NCBI GenBank assembly: GCA_037310415.1
Contig: CP147780.1
Coordinates: 1,952,001 to 2,016,000, forward strand
From: Candidatus Atabeyarchaeum deiterrae
Lineage (GTDB): Archaea; Asgardarchaeota; Atabeyarchaeia; Atabeyarchaeales; Atabeyarchaeaceae
Direction: 5' to 3'
DNA length: 64,000 nucleotides
In this document: positions 29,517-39,572 of the stretch, in pieces
Numbering within the stretch: position 1 is the first letter of the stretch
Layout of the letters: every line of letters begins with the position of its first letter
Made by a program: the position numbers and the translations under genes
The notes under the pieces: model-generated
Database searches by the model: none
Seen by the model: only the letters and a program-made list of their open reading frames with translations
Told to the model about the DNA's origin: nothing

Positions 29517-30020
29517 TCAGGGTTTATCTTTCCAAGAGACTGAAAGCCACCACATACCCCAATAGTCATCAAAATAGGGGCACACTGCGTCGTGAAGCAT
29601 ATCAGTGCCTTTCTTGATGCGCTTTTCACTTCTCCACCACTTTATTCCCAACTTGTCAAGGACTGAGTGAAGCGTCTCATGCAATTCGATGTCAATCAGC
29701 TTCCGTATAAACGTCCTTTTCGACGAGCTTTTCGCGTAGATGCTCTTAATGTAGACTGTCACCTTCTCATAGCTGGCAACTCCGAGCGTTCTCCTGCAGT
29801 TCCGCAAGGAAAAATCATATGTAGTTTCGATGTCAGCCTTCTCCGGCCTGTCACGCCAGATAAGCTGTTGCTTTCGATGGCAATGGTCAGAGCTCAGGAA
29901 TCCTCTGCGCATCGCTTCTTGCCTTCGTGGGCAGGCGCGAAGAGAGGAATGCGGGCAGCGCACACATACAGCAGGATCCTCAGGCTCGATCAAAACCATG
30001 TGAACCACGGCCAGAACCAA
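29517..30020 (-). CDS. hypothetical protein with Cys-rich N-terminus and HExxH zincin-like motif
   Basis: CVRC...C...HCH; IELHETLH followed by a Glu. Confidence 0.5.
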   Translation of the reverse strand: MVLAVVHMVLIEPEDPAVCVRCPHSSLRACPRRQEAMRRGFLSSDHCHRKQQLIWRDRPEKADIETTYDFSLRNCRRTLGVASYEKVTVYIKSIYAKSSSKRTFIRKLIDIELHETLHSVLDKLGIKWWRSEKRIKKGTDMLHDAVCPYFDDYWGMWWLSVSWKDKP

Positions 30021-30153
30021 GACTCATGACAGCCCGAACAACTGATCAAGTTCGTTTCATGCGTTTCTTCTTTGTATTTGAGGTCACACGATAAAACACT
30101 TGCGGCTCCATCCACTCTGGTTAAAAACGGTCACTAGCATTATGACAATCTGG

Positions 30154-30930
30154 TCAAGCGGAAGCCAGGTATAGGATGGAAAGAAGGGATTGATGCGGTT
30201 CGTATAGAACCATCTTCTCGTGTACCAATAGGTAACCCTTCCTAATCATACTCTTCAGTACTTTCTTTCTTAGTTGCTCCGAGTGGACTTCCACGATTAT
30301 TCTTGGTCTTAACCGTGATATTGTGTGGCTCGCTCCCTTTAAAATCCGGTTTTCGAAGCCTTCAGCGTCGATTTTCACGAGGTCGATCTTCGCCAGATTG
30401 TATTTCTTCACTAGGGCATCCAAAGTTCTCGCAGGTACTTTCACGGTCGACTCGAGTGACCCCTTCTTGGAATGCGCGAACCCAGAATCTCTCTCGATGT
30501 TCATCGTCAGCTCAGCATGTCTGTCAGACAGTGCGCAATTTACCGGGGTTACCCTCTTCTGCAACTTGTTAAGGCGTATGTTCTTCGACAGAACTCCAAA
30601 AGGTTCCTTGCTTGGTTCGACAGCTATCACTCTTGCCTTATAGTAACTTCCAACGATAATAGACCAGTCCCCTATGTTCGCTCCAACATCAATCACTACA
30701 TCATCTTCCTTTGGTAAGAAGTCTCGTCGTTCGCCGTAGTCATTTTGGAAGACTCCTGGAGGGAAGAAACCAGTTCGAGAGTACTTCACCCTGAATACGC
30801 GTTCAACCAATCTTAACCTTCTGGCTGCTGCTCTCGCGCGATACTCCTGAAAGAAATGGTATCGCATCAATTTCCTGAAATACCCGCTGGAGAGAAGGAA
30901 CTCGACGACTGGATCCAACAACGTCGACAT
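30154..30930 (-). CDS. FkbM family methyltransferase
   Basis: IDVGANIG, AVEP, KIDAEGFE..ILKGA, P.IIVE. Confidence 0.92.
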   Translation of the reverse strand: MSTLLDPVVEFLLSSGYFRKLMRYHFFQEYRARAAARRLRLVERVFRVKYSRTGFFPPGVFQNDYGERRDFLPKEDDVVIDVGANIGDWSIIVGSYYKARVIAVEPSKEPFGVLSKNIRLNKLQKRVTPVNCALSDRHAELTMNIERDSGFAHSKKGSLESTVKVPARTLDALVKKYNLAKIDLVKIDAEGFENRILKGASHTISRLRPRIIVEVHSEQLRKKVLKSMIRKGYLLVHEKMVLYEPHQSLLSILYLASA

Positions 30931-31157
30931 GGTGAGTTTTATCTTTCTCGTGTTCAGCTCGAATTTGAAGTAGTAGATCCAAGCGCGAATTCGACGTGTT
31001 AACCCCGAGGGTGATGCCCTCCTTTCATATCAGATTGACGCGAACTCGTGTAGAGCAACCACACTATAAAACGCTTGCGGCTCACCACCGAAGCTTGGAG
31101 GTCCTGAGCATTGTCTCCTACTGGTGCGCGTAAGGTAATACCCGGAGATGATAGTTG

Positions 31158-32069
31158 CTACGACGTAGATCTCTCTACATAGGCAACTAGTGCGACAGTA
31201 ACAAGCATAATGACTTCGGCATCATGCTGCGAGAAGCGTCCACTTAAGAGAGGATGATGAGCATCTGACGTGGATTCATTCGCTCTTTGGTATAGCCTGG
31301 TCAACCACTCCATTGCCGTAGAGGTTGTTTCCGCTATCCATTCGTATTCCTTCCCGCCTTGGATACCTGCCTGGAATTTTGGCAGGGCGTTCTTTATCGT
31401 CTCAATCACGGTTTGGCACTGCTCAACGCATTCATCATAAGCGCCATTGGCGAAGTAAGTCTCAGCAAGTCTTAGCCCCTCAATTGGTGTCGCAAGCTCC
31501 GTCCAGACGGCTTCTGTCTGAACTGAAGCCTCAGGTGATCTCATCTTTCCTTGGCGCAGAGACGGCAAGACCTTATTCTCCCAGTAGGGCTGGGGAATAT
31601 CCAGTGAGAGTTTAGCAGATGAGATCTCAAAGTCCTCCAACGCATCCTTCTGTCTTTGACGAACGTCGTATTGGTAAGAAGGCACTTCTGCATATAATCC
31701 GACAAGAAAATGGAAATCTAGCGTTATCTTCAGGTCGCTTTCGCGGCTTGCCTCGATCTTCCCAAGAGCATATGGATCCACGTGAAACTCTGATGCATAG
31801 GTCATCAGTTGATTAGGGTGCCGCACCTGGAACGGATCATAGGACACTTTCGAGTCGGCAATTCTCACACCACTTTCCCGCAGAAATAGGGAACACTGTG
31901 CACGCAGTATGATAAAGGATCGTTCTCCTCGATCGAACGGACTAAGATCGAGTGTCGCGGGGACGATCAGTTTTGAATGTTCAGGGCTGTCTTCTACCCT
32001 AATCTCCGTTGACTCCACATGAATCGTGCCAACCAAGCGGGATCTTATTTTAAGTTCTATATCAGGCAT
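31158..32069 (-). CDS. hypothetical protein: beta-rich N-terminal domain plus HEPN/Abi-like helical C-terminal domain
   Basis: LRLAETYF..GAYDECVEQC..VIE...SDAHH...DAEVIM; start set at MPDIEL. Confidence 0.55.
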   Translation of the reverse strand: MPDIELKIRSRLVGTIHVESTEIRVEDSPEHSKLIVPATLDLSPFDRGERSFIILRAQCSLFLRESGVRIADSKVSYDPFQVRHPNQLMTYASEFHVDPYALGKIEASRESDLKITLDFHFLVGLYAEVPSYQYDVRQRQKDALEDFEISSAKLSLDIPQPYWENKVLPSLRQGKMRSPEASVQTEAVWTELATPIEGLRLAETYFANGAYDECVEQCQTVIETIKNALPKFQAGIQGGKEYEWIAETTSTAMEWLTRLYQRANESTSDAHHPLLSGRFSQHDAEVIMLVTVALVAYVERSTS

Positions 32070-32446
32070 CCCCAGCCACCCTAACCATTCCTCTAAGCAA
32101 CGTATGCGCAAACAATGCAGAATGCACCTCCAGCGCACAGATTGCTTTTCTGACCATAATGTGCCCTCTCCAAGCTATCAAGTCGCTTAGAAACAGTGTT
32201 CCTTTTTCTAGGTGGTATTGCTATTTAATCCTATCTGTATGCAATAGCAGATACGAACTCATGCAGTGCTGCCTCTTATGAAGCAACATACACATGGCGG
32301 GTTAGGAGCGCTTCTTTTGTTGCGTCATGTGATTCCCGTAAAGTAAAACATGTTCTTCGGAAGCAAGTCAAAAAGTTTTGACTAAGATCCCATCCACTCG
32401 CTAGCTTAAATACAATCGGTAGATAGTAATCAGCTTGTGAAAAACG

Positions 32447-32941
32447 TTGGCTCAAGAAACAAAAACCAGACCAGCGACGGAGGGCTTGGAAGAATCTGTC
32501 TTCAAGACGCTTAGCAGCCAGAAGAGACGTGACATTATACGTCTGCTGGGAGAAAAGACTGAGGCAACTTTCACCGAGATTAAGCACTCAACTGGAGAAG
32601 ATAGCCCTTCCCTCTCTTACCACTTAGGTACACTTGACAAACTCATCATGCAAAACAAGGGAATGTACAGGTTGTCAGAGTTAGGGCAGGAAGCTCACAA
32701 GCTGATGGACAAAATAGTCTCGTCGGCAACAAGCACGTCCCTGATCGGGTCTGCAAGGAAGACGGTCGCTACAATGATAATTGCTAACGCCATTCTTTGG
32801 GCTGCTGCACTATTCACCGTTTCAGCATTTGAAGGTAGGATCAGTAGTATGACGCTCTACAGTTTCTCGGCGCTTTGGTTCGTCAGCAACATTGCACTCT
32901 ACTCATTATCAAAAAGGCTCGAATGGGGCGGTGCAAGCTAG
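32447..32941 (+). CDS. ArsR-like winged-HTH regulator with two C-terminal TM helices
   Basis: FKTLS...RR.II..L, TFTEI, LSYHL..L, YRLSELG. Confidence 0.82.
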   Translation: MAQETKTRPATEGLEESVFKTLSSQKRRDIIRLLGEKTEATFTEIKHSTGEDSPSLSYHLGTLDKLIMQNKGMYRLSELGQEAHKLMDKIVSSATSTSLIGSARKTVATMIIANAILWAAALFTVSAFEGRISSMTLYSFSALWFVSNIALYSLSKRLEWGGAS

Positions 32942-33046
32942 CCTACAATCAATGCGCACCGAAGGATATCGTAGAACTCCAACAGGGTCTTTCCTTGGCA
33001 TCTAGAGGCGTTCACCTTGAATCAAGATTACTGTGTTTTGTCAATT

Positions 33047-33967
33047 CTACGTGATCTTTATCACGACTTTGCCTCGCGCTTTTCCTTGTTGCTGATAGTC
33101 GAGCGCCTCTCGCGCCTGCTCCAAAGGGAATGTTCTGTAGACATGCACTTTGACAGCGCCTTTCTCAACGAGTTCAGTTAGCTTGCTCAATCTTTCGTTG
33201 TTGGCTTGGGTGAATTGTCCTATCGCCTTTACTTCATAGCGTTTCATCAGTTCTGAATTGGGCTGCTCTAACATAGAAACGATTATGCCGCCTTTCTTGA
33301 GCACCTTGTAAGACCTTGTGTATGTATCGCCACCCACAGTGTCATATACTGCGTCGTAGTCGTGTATTAGATCCTCGAAGGACTGTTTCTTGTAGTCCAT
33401 GATTTCGTCTGCCCCCAGCTTTTTGACGTACTTCTTGTCTTTGTCACTCGCTGTCGTCGCCACATGTGCTCCAAGGTGTTTGGCGAGTTGGATCGCCATT
33501 GTTCCGATGCCACCCGCGCCACCGTGGATAAGAATTTGCTTGCCCTTGGTGATGCCTATGTGCTCGGTCAAGGCTTGAAGAGCACTTACGCCTGTAAGGG
33601 GCAATGCCGCTGCTTCAATATGATGGATATTCTTCGGTTTGCGCGCTGTCACTTTCGCATCTGCAGAAATGAACTCGGCAAATGAACCAGTGCCACGTCC
33701 ATATACTTCGTCGTCTTTTTTGAAGGCTGTGACGCCTGCTCCTACTTCCTCCACAACTCCCGAGAAATCTCCTCCCAAAGTCGCTGGAAACTGCAGAGGT
33801 GACATCTTCGCCATGAATCCTTGACGGATCTTCCAGTCAACGGGATTAACTCCAGCTGCACACACTTCGACTAGCAATCTGCCTGCAGATGCAGTTGGCT
33901 TTGGCGCACTCCTGTTAATTTCCACAACTTCGCTGCCACCATACTTACTAATTTGCGCGGCTTTCAA
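33047..33967 (-). CDS. NADPH:quinone oxidoreductase-like MDR protein
   Basis: AAGVNPVDWK, LGGDFSG, IHGGAGGIG, GKVVI. Confidence 0.92.
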   Translation of the reverse strand: MKAAQISKYGGSEVVEINRSAPKPTASAGRLLVEVCAAGVNPVDWKIRQGFMAKMSPLQFPATLGGDFSGVVEEVGAGVTAFKKDDEVYGRGTGSFAEFISADAKVTARKPKNIHHIEAAALPLTGVSALQALTEHIGITKGKQILIHGGAGGIGTMAIQLAKHLGAHVATTASDKDKKYVKKLGADEIMDYKKQSFEDLIHDYDAVYDTVGGDTYTRSYKVLKKGGIIVSMLEQPNSELMKRYEVKAIGQFTQANNERLSKLTELVEKGAVKVHVYRTFPLEQAREALDYQQQGKARGKVVIKIT

Positions 33968-34087
33968 GCCTGTAACCTCCTCGCTCTTCAGAAGTGAGCA
34001 TCTTAGTCTTAAATAACTTGCCGCCCCGGTTTCGATCTAATCATACTTCCTCTGTAGCCTTATGGCTTACCAAGACACAGCGAGAGC

Positions 34088-34167
34088 CCACCACTTTGCC
34101 TGGCTAATCTCTTCTTATCCTTTTCAGACATGAACTTCATTTTCATGCGTCACTCCCTCGAATTCAT
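34088..34167 (-). pseudogene. degenerate copy of the 5' end of the DUF2769 gene at 43971-44297
   Basis: atgaattcg...atgaagttcatgtctgaaaaggataagaa.gagattagccaggcaaag matches the start of that gene, with an in-frame TGA and a 1-nt deletion. Confidence 0.7.
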
Positions 34168-34369
34168 CCGTCAACCTCCCTTCACTCATGTATCTGTCGC
34201 TCATCCGTATAAGTGTGTTCAAGGCTCAAGATCCTGTTACCACGTTTCAACTTAGTTCTTTCGGTAAATTGCCATATCATGAAGTGGTTCCAATAAGATT
34301 ATTACCAGCATCGGGACAGATCCCGCTTCCAGAGAGCAGACTAGGTAAAGGAGGAGATGAGATCCCAAA

Positions 34370-35185
34370 ATGCCTTATGCAGCACTAAAAGATGGAAGCA
34401 GAATGTGGTATATTGAGAAGGGCAAAGGAATGCCCATCGTTTTCACTCATGGTTGGCTTGGAAGCTCCTGGCTGTACGAGAAACAAGTCGATTATTTTGG
34501 ACAGTTCTACCATGCTATGGCGTTCGACCACCTTGGACACGGGAAGAGCGATAAACCCGACAGCGCGTCCTACAAGCTCCCTGACCTCGCGGCTTACCTC
34601 GACTACGCCGTGAACCAGACACTCAAAGATGAGAGGTTTATCTTAGTGGGACACAGCATGGGTGGAATGATAGCCCAGATATACGCCACCAACCCCAAGT
34701 TCGCCAAACGACTCAAGGGACTCGTGCTAATGTCCACCGCGCCGAAGCTCAAGAACCCTGGCTTGGACGAATATGTCAAGAACCTCAAAAACGGTAAGAT
34801 GAAACTCACAGACAGATCGCTTATCGAAACAGTGTTGGTAGCCCTTTGCTTCCAGACCAAATACGCGAAAACACACAAGGACATTGTAAAGGAATTCGTT
34901 GACCTAACAATGCGGAACAAGGAGCAAGTCGGGCTCGCAACCATGTACAGCATCGTGGACGACTACAACGTGGAAAACCAGCTAGGAAAGATCACTGTCC
35001 CAACCCTGATAGTAACAGGGGACAAAGACGTCTTCATTCCCCCAGACGCTTCCAAACTGTTGCACGAGAAGATCAAAGGATCTGAACTCAAGGTGCTGAC
35101 GCCCGACATTGGTCACATGGTAGAATTCGAGGCAACTGAACAGTTGCACAAAACCCTGATGGATTTCCTAAAGAAGCTGAGCTAG
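34370..35185 (+). CDS. alpha/beta hydrolase
   Basis: HGW, GHGKS, GHSMGG, GDKD, GH. Confidence 0.93.
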   Translation: MPYAALKDGSRMWYIEKGKGMPIVFTHGWLGSSWLYEKQVDYFGQFYHAMAFDHLGHGKSDKPDSASYKLPDLAAYLDYAVNQTLKDERFILVGHSMGGMIAQIYATNPKFAKRLKGLVLMSTAPKLKNPGLDEYVKNLKNGKMKLTDRSLIETVLVALCFQTKYAKTHKDIVKEFVDLTMRNKEQVGLATMYSIVDDYNVENQLGKITVPTLIVTGDKDVFIPPDASKLLHEKIKGSELKVLTPDIGHMVEFEATEQLHKTLMDFLKKLS

Positions 35186-35233
35186 CCGAGGCACACCCAA
35201 TCCGTGGGAAACGAATAGAAGGGGAACGCACAT

Positions 35234-36109
35234 TTGAGAGTGCTCGTCACCGGTGTGTGTGGATATATAGGGAGTAACTTGGTTGCGCGGTTGCTGAAAA
35301 AGAGATACCAGGTGCGTGGGCTCGACCTCTCTACAGACGTAAATAGAAAAGTCGCAGAAAACCTCCAACCGGAGGAGCTCCTATGGGGAGACGTGACCGA
35401 TGCAAACATGGTTAAGAAGGCAGTCGATGACGATGTCGAAGCCGTTGTTCACCTCGCCTACATACTTCCTCCCTCTTCGGAAACTAAGCCCGAACTAGCT
35501 CAGAAAGTCAACATCAATGGGACCCGAAACGTGGTGAAAGCCGTCCAAGCAAGTGGCAAGAAGCCCAAGCTCATTTTCACGTCTTCAACCGCTGTCTTCG
35601 GCATGACAGCTGACGAAAAGCCTCCAATCAGGCCCGACCACCCTGTGAAGGCAACAAACAACTACTCTCGTTACAAAATTCAATGCGAACAAATGATCAA
35701 GGAATCCAATGTAAGGTACACCATTCTGAGACTTGCGGCCGTCCTACCATTAGAGCCCAGCCCGGAAAGCATATCGATCAGCAACTCGATGCCCCCAAGC
35801 GGTAGAATGGAGTTTCTACACTATCAAGACGCGTGCACAGCGATCTTAAACTGTCTCGCGGAGAAAAAGACTGACAACCGAGTCTACACGATTGGGGGCG
35901 GAAAGAAGAACCAAATGCTTATCAAAGACATGATGACGAGAATGTCTGCCGCGTTGGGCATGCCAGAACCTGATTGGAGTCAATTTGGCAAGAAACCATA
36001 CTACTTGGACTGGTACGACACAACCGAATCACAGAGGATACTCAAATACCAGAAAAGAACATTCGACGGATTCATCGAAGAATTCAAGAAGAAACTAGGA
36101 GTATCCTAG
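35234..36109 (+). CDS. NAD-dependent epimerase/dehydratase (extended SDR)
   Basis: TGVCGYIG, HLA, N..GT, TSS.AVFG, YSRYK. Confidence 0.92.
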   Translation: MRVLVTGVCGYIGSNLVARLLKKRYQVRGLDLSTDVNRKVAENLQPEELLWGDVTDANMVKKAVDDDVEAVVHLAYILPPSSETKPELAQKVNINGTRNVVKAVQASGKKPKLIFTSSTAVFGMTADEKPPIRPDHPVKATNNYSRYKIQCEQMIKESNVRYTILRLAAVLPLEPSPESISISNSMPPSGRMEFLHYQDACTAILNCLAEKKTDNRVYTIGGGKKNQMLIKDMMTRMSAALGMPEPDWSQFGKKPYYLDWYDTTESQRILKYQKRTFDGFIEEFKKKLGVS

Positions 36110-36159
36110 GGCCCAACCATATTACTATTCCATGTCCCCGCTGTCTGTCCGACTGCAGG

Positions 36160-36864
36160 CTAGGAAGTCGTGAAGTATCTGATTATGCAGCGCGGTTTGT
36201 ATGACTCCAGCAAGTCGTAATCATATTCGAAGCCTGTTGCCACTTTGAAGAACTGGCACAGCGATGAACCCAAGTCACACTGAGTCCGTCCATTTGGTCT
36301 TCTCAGCAGCCCTTCTTCGAAAGCTTGCTTGCATCCATCCAAGTAGAAGCAGCTAGGTATGATGAAGTCCACTCCTTCATATTCATTCTTTCTGTAGCCG
36401 AATTCGCTGGGGCTGAGCTTCATCATAACCGACGCTTTGCGAAGATCTGACACAATCCTGTCAAAGTCTATGACCTTCCTACCCGTGTCTTGAGTCTTAG
36501 CGAAGTTTCTTTGCCAACCCATGTCTCCAACTCGGCTTAGAGCCCCCTTGCCTTGCAGGTCGCTTTCCACCTTGTGCTGGGCGTACATTACGGCGCAATA
36601 AGGAGTTGGATACTTGTCCATCTTCGAAAGTAAGTATTTTGCCATCTGATCTGAGGTTTTGACCTCTTCTGTCGGCCTTTCTCCAATCCTATGAGCTATG
36701 AACTCGACTGCGCTCGACACAACTCTTGTGGTGAAAACGGTGCCAAACACTTTTTCTTGCGCTTTTATCCCGTCTGTTTGCGCCTGTACCAAAGCCTTTG
36801 CGTCGGGCAACTTGTAGGGCGCTTTCTCGAACATTCTGAAGCCAGAACTCTCATCGCTCAGCAA
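36160..36864 (-). CDS. hypothetical protein with V4R/MetOD-like Cys-containing C-terminal domain
   Basis: IPSCFYLDGC...CDLG...C...RCIIRY. Confidence 0.55.
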   Translation of the reverse strand: MLSDESSGFRMFEKAPYKLPDAKALVQAQTDGIKAQEKVFGTVFTTRVVSSAVEFIAHRIGERPTEEVKTSDQMAKYLLSKMDKYPTPYCAVMYAQHKVESDLQGKGALSRVGDMGWQRNFAKTQDTGRKVIDFDRIVSDLRKASVMMKLSPSEFGYRKNEYEGVDFIIPSCFYLDGCKQAFEEGLLRRPNGRTQCDLGSSLCQFFKVATGFEYDYDLLESYKPRCIIRYFTTS

Positions 36865-37240
36865 TCTGTCTCACCTATTCCCCTACCAAGACCTGGCGTC
36901 ATCGCCTGCAGCACATCGCATCGACTTTCGGCATGCCTCGCCAGCTGGCAGCTTCTTTGTCTCACGTGGGTGACATTTCTCTAGCCGAGCGCAGCTTTAT
37001 GAAGCATACTGATCATCTGCGAGCATCGCAAAAAGAAGGTCCCACCGAGCAGGACGCAAGACAAGAGGGAAGGTGCTGGCGCAAACTCTTTGACGGTGAT
37101 TCGAAGGATTCCGCGAAATCCAATCTGGGAAAGCCTTTCAGGCGGTCTCTTCTCCACGTACATCACTCTCAAGTGGGGCCGATTTTCTGGGAGCGAGTCG
37201 TACAGAAGTTGCGAAACCGATTGACAGATACCCGCACCGC

Positions 37241-37254
37241 TAAAGGTTTATTAG
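37241..37254 (+). promoter_or_regulatory. putative archaeal BRE/TATA promoter of the vWA-PP2C-kinase operon
   Basis: TAAAGG-TTTATTAG, with the TATA-like octamer ending 34 nt upstream of the vWA1 ATG. Confidence 0.55.
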
Positions 37255-37287
37255 CAAGATTCACTACCTTCTCAACGCAATAGCTAA

Positions 37288-38109
37288 ATGAGGTGGTATG
37301 TCTTGGCTCAAGGAGGACCTAAGGAAGCGCTAGCTGGTACTCCAGGGTTGTTTCAGTTGGTAGTGTTTGTCTTGGACGGTTCGGCAAGCATGACCTGGGA
37401 AGGAACCTCAGGTAAGAGAAAAGCCGATGAAGTTTACGATGCAATAGACGCAACGATAAAGTTTTTCAAGACTCAGAAAGACCCCAACCTGAAAGCAGCC
37501 GCACGTTCCATTCTTGTGCAGATGATTGCATTTTCCTCAGATCAACAGGTCAAAGTAATCCTTGACGACTTCACCGCGATAGGTGACGTTGATGTCGACG
37601 ACATAAAACCCCCCTCAGACTACTGGTCTCCACCTGATGGCACCTGCATTCATGGCGCCCTCAGCAGGGCTCAGGAAGAGACGACCAAGTTTGTCCAAGC
37701 CAAAGGTCTCGACATAAGCAGGCTACAGAGACCGACGATTCTATTGCTGACCGACGGATGTGAGAACTTCGACCAAAACAGGCTCCTTGAGATAGCGGAG
37801 GAAATCAAGGCCAAGAAATGGTACCTCGCTGTCGTACAGTACGGAAAGGTTGGCGCAACTGGCCCAGACCCAAATGAAGCTCAAGTGTGCCCTGAGGTCT
37901 TGAAGTCGATCGCAACTTCCATCGAAGGACCTGACTACGATAGAGTGAAGAAGAAGATGGACAAATACTTCAAGAGCACAGAGGAAGATGTCTCAAAGGT
38001 ATTCCTTCACAAAAAACTGTACACCGAGGCCTTGGATGAAAAAGCAGCCAGAATTTTCTTCATCGGTGGCACCACAATATCGTACCTGTCGGGCAGCAAA
38101 GTCGCATAG
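37288..38109 (+). CDS. TerY-like vWA protein 1 (start possibly TTG 37303)
   Basis: MIDAS VLDGSASM, GT, RPTILLLTDG. Confidence 0.85.
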   Translation: MRWYVLAQGGPKEALAGTPGLFQLVVFVLDGSASMTWEGTSGKRKADEVYDAIDATIKFFKTQKDPNLKAAARSILVQMIAFSSDQQVKVILDDFTAIGDVDVDDIKPPSDYWSPPDGTCIHGALSRAQEETTKFVQAKGLDISRLQRPTILLLTDGCENFDQNRLLEIAEEIKAKKWYLAVVQYGKVGATGPDPNEAQVCPEVLKSIATSIEGPDYDRVKKKMDKYFKSTEEDVSKVFLHKKLYTEALDEKAARIFFIGGTTISYLSGSKVA

Positions 38110-38144
38110 ACGGTGTCCTCTTCTGATTCGTCGGGGGAATAGCA

Positions 38145-39539
38145 TTGAAACGTGAGGATGTCTCGTACAACACAGTCTCCACGAAGGAAGTTGGCAACAA
38201 TCTGGTCTTGCTGTACTGTTCTATCTTAAACGATGCCCACGGTGACGACTACGGTGACGTGTTTTCTTCCGATTTTGTGTCAGGCGTCGCCATTGCCGAC
38301 GGCGTTACGGGAACTGAACAAGGCAGCATTGCCTCGCGCATTGCAGTTGAGGAATCATTAAGTCTCATAAAGTCTCTGGATACTATGAGAAAGCAGGACG
38401 TAAATAGAAACATACAAGCTGCGTTCTCTGTAATGGTCAAACGTCTGCCGGAGCTTATCAAGAAGAAAATGGGCTCAAAGATAACTAGTTCAGGTACTAC
38501 ATTGGCTGTTGCGATCACGGACTTGACGAGGCTCTACGTGTTTAACATCGGTGACTCCGACATATTCCTATACCCGTTTGTCAAGGACTACTCAAGCATA
38601 GCCTCACCCGACTACATGAAACTGTCTGCTGGCTTCTCAGGTGGACCAGTTCTACTGCATTCGGTCTCAGATAGTGGGCTTGAAGGCCGCGTTGATCATG
38701 TTGAGTTAGCAGTGCCGATGGATGGCTTTGCGCTCCTGCTTGGTACGGACGGGGCAGACCTCAAGAACAAGGTTGCGAGCCTGTTTGAGAACCTAAGTGC
38801 AGTTTTCAATCAATATCAAAGAAGTCACGGGTCAGGAAAGGAAATGATGTCTGAGGCGATTCATGGGGTACTCACTTCGTACTTGAAGAAGGAGAAGGCG
38901 AAGGACGATGACGGAACAGTCGCCGTCATGACGCTTCTGCCAAAGAGAAGTGAGGACTACTTTAGGGGGTACGTGTCCGTCGCCCGTAGCACGAAACAAT
39001 CGGCCAAGCTTGAACTGCAAGGCAGTAGCGTGCCCGTTGAGGTTCGAGACCTATTTCAGGAACTGACAATCGACACAGTCCCGGACCCAGCCTTTGAGGG
39101 TCATCTGGAGATACGAATTCTTGACAAGATACCGGGACTGAAAGGAATCAGAATGTACAAGTCGTTCGACATTTCAACAAGGGGAAATGGAAGTTACAAA
39201 CTAAAGAACCTGAAAATTGTCTTCAAAGTCGAACAAGAATGGCTAACCAAAATCAACGTCGACACCTCACATGTGAAAGTATTCGGAATTGATGGAGGTT
39301 CCAAACAAGTCGGAGCAACAATGGTCGGCCAGAAAGGCAAGTACTACTTATACTCGGCGGACTTGAAGAACAAGGGAAAACACGCGATAGGGGTCTCCGA
39401 AAGTGACATGAAGGAGACTAAGCCCAAGGAAGAGCCTAGCCAAACGGCTGAAACGAAAAAGCCCCAAGAATCTCCCAACAAGAACGTTGGAAAGAGTAGA
39501 GACCCAAGAGGTTCGTCACAGGAAAAAGGATCATTATAG
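38145..39539 (+). CDS. PP2C-family Ser/Thr phosphatase fused to a PGF-pre-PGF-like domain and a charged tail
   Basis: AIADGVTG, GTT, NIGDS, LLLGTDG, DDDGT; C-terminal FKVEQEWL...V.V...YYLYSA. Confidence 0.82.
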   Translation: MKREDVSYNTVSTKEVGNNLVLLYCSILNDAHGDDYGDVFSSDFVSGVAIADGVTGTEQGSIASRIAVEESLSLIKSLDTMRKQDVNRNIQAAFSVMVKRLPELIKKKMGSKITSSGTTLAVAITDLTRLYVFNIGDSDIFLYPFVKDYSSIASPDYMKLSAGFSGGPVLLHSVSDSGLEGRVDHVELAVPMDGFALLLGTDGADLKNKVASLFENLSAVFNQYQRSHGSGKEMMSEAIHGVLTSYLKKEKAKDDDGTVAVMTLLPKRSEDYFRGYVSVARSTKQSAKLELQGSSVPVEVRDLFQELTIDTVPDPAFEGHLEIRILDKIPGLKGIRMYKSFDISTRGNGSYKLKNLKIVFKVEQEWLTKINVDTSHVKVFGIDGGSKQVGATMVGQKGKYYLYSADLKNKGKHAIGVSESDMKETKPKEEPSQTAETKKPQESPNKNVGKSRDPRGSSQEKGSL

Positions 39540-39572
39540 ACAGAAGAAACTGACTAGAGGATCGTGAAATAG

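Noticed and set aside
30931-31030. Open in-frame extension upstream of the FkbM gene
   Set aside because: No ATG/GTG/TTG start in frame and no paralog to test it against.
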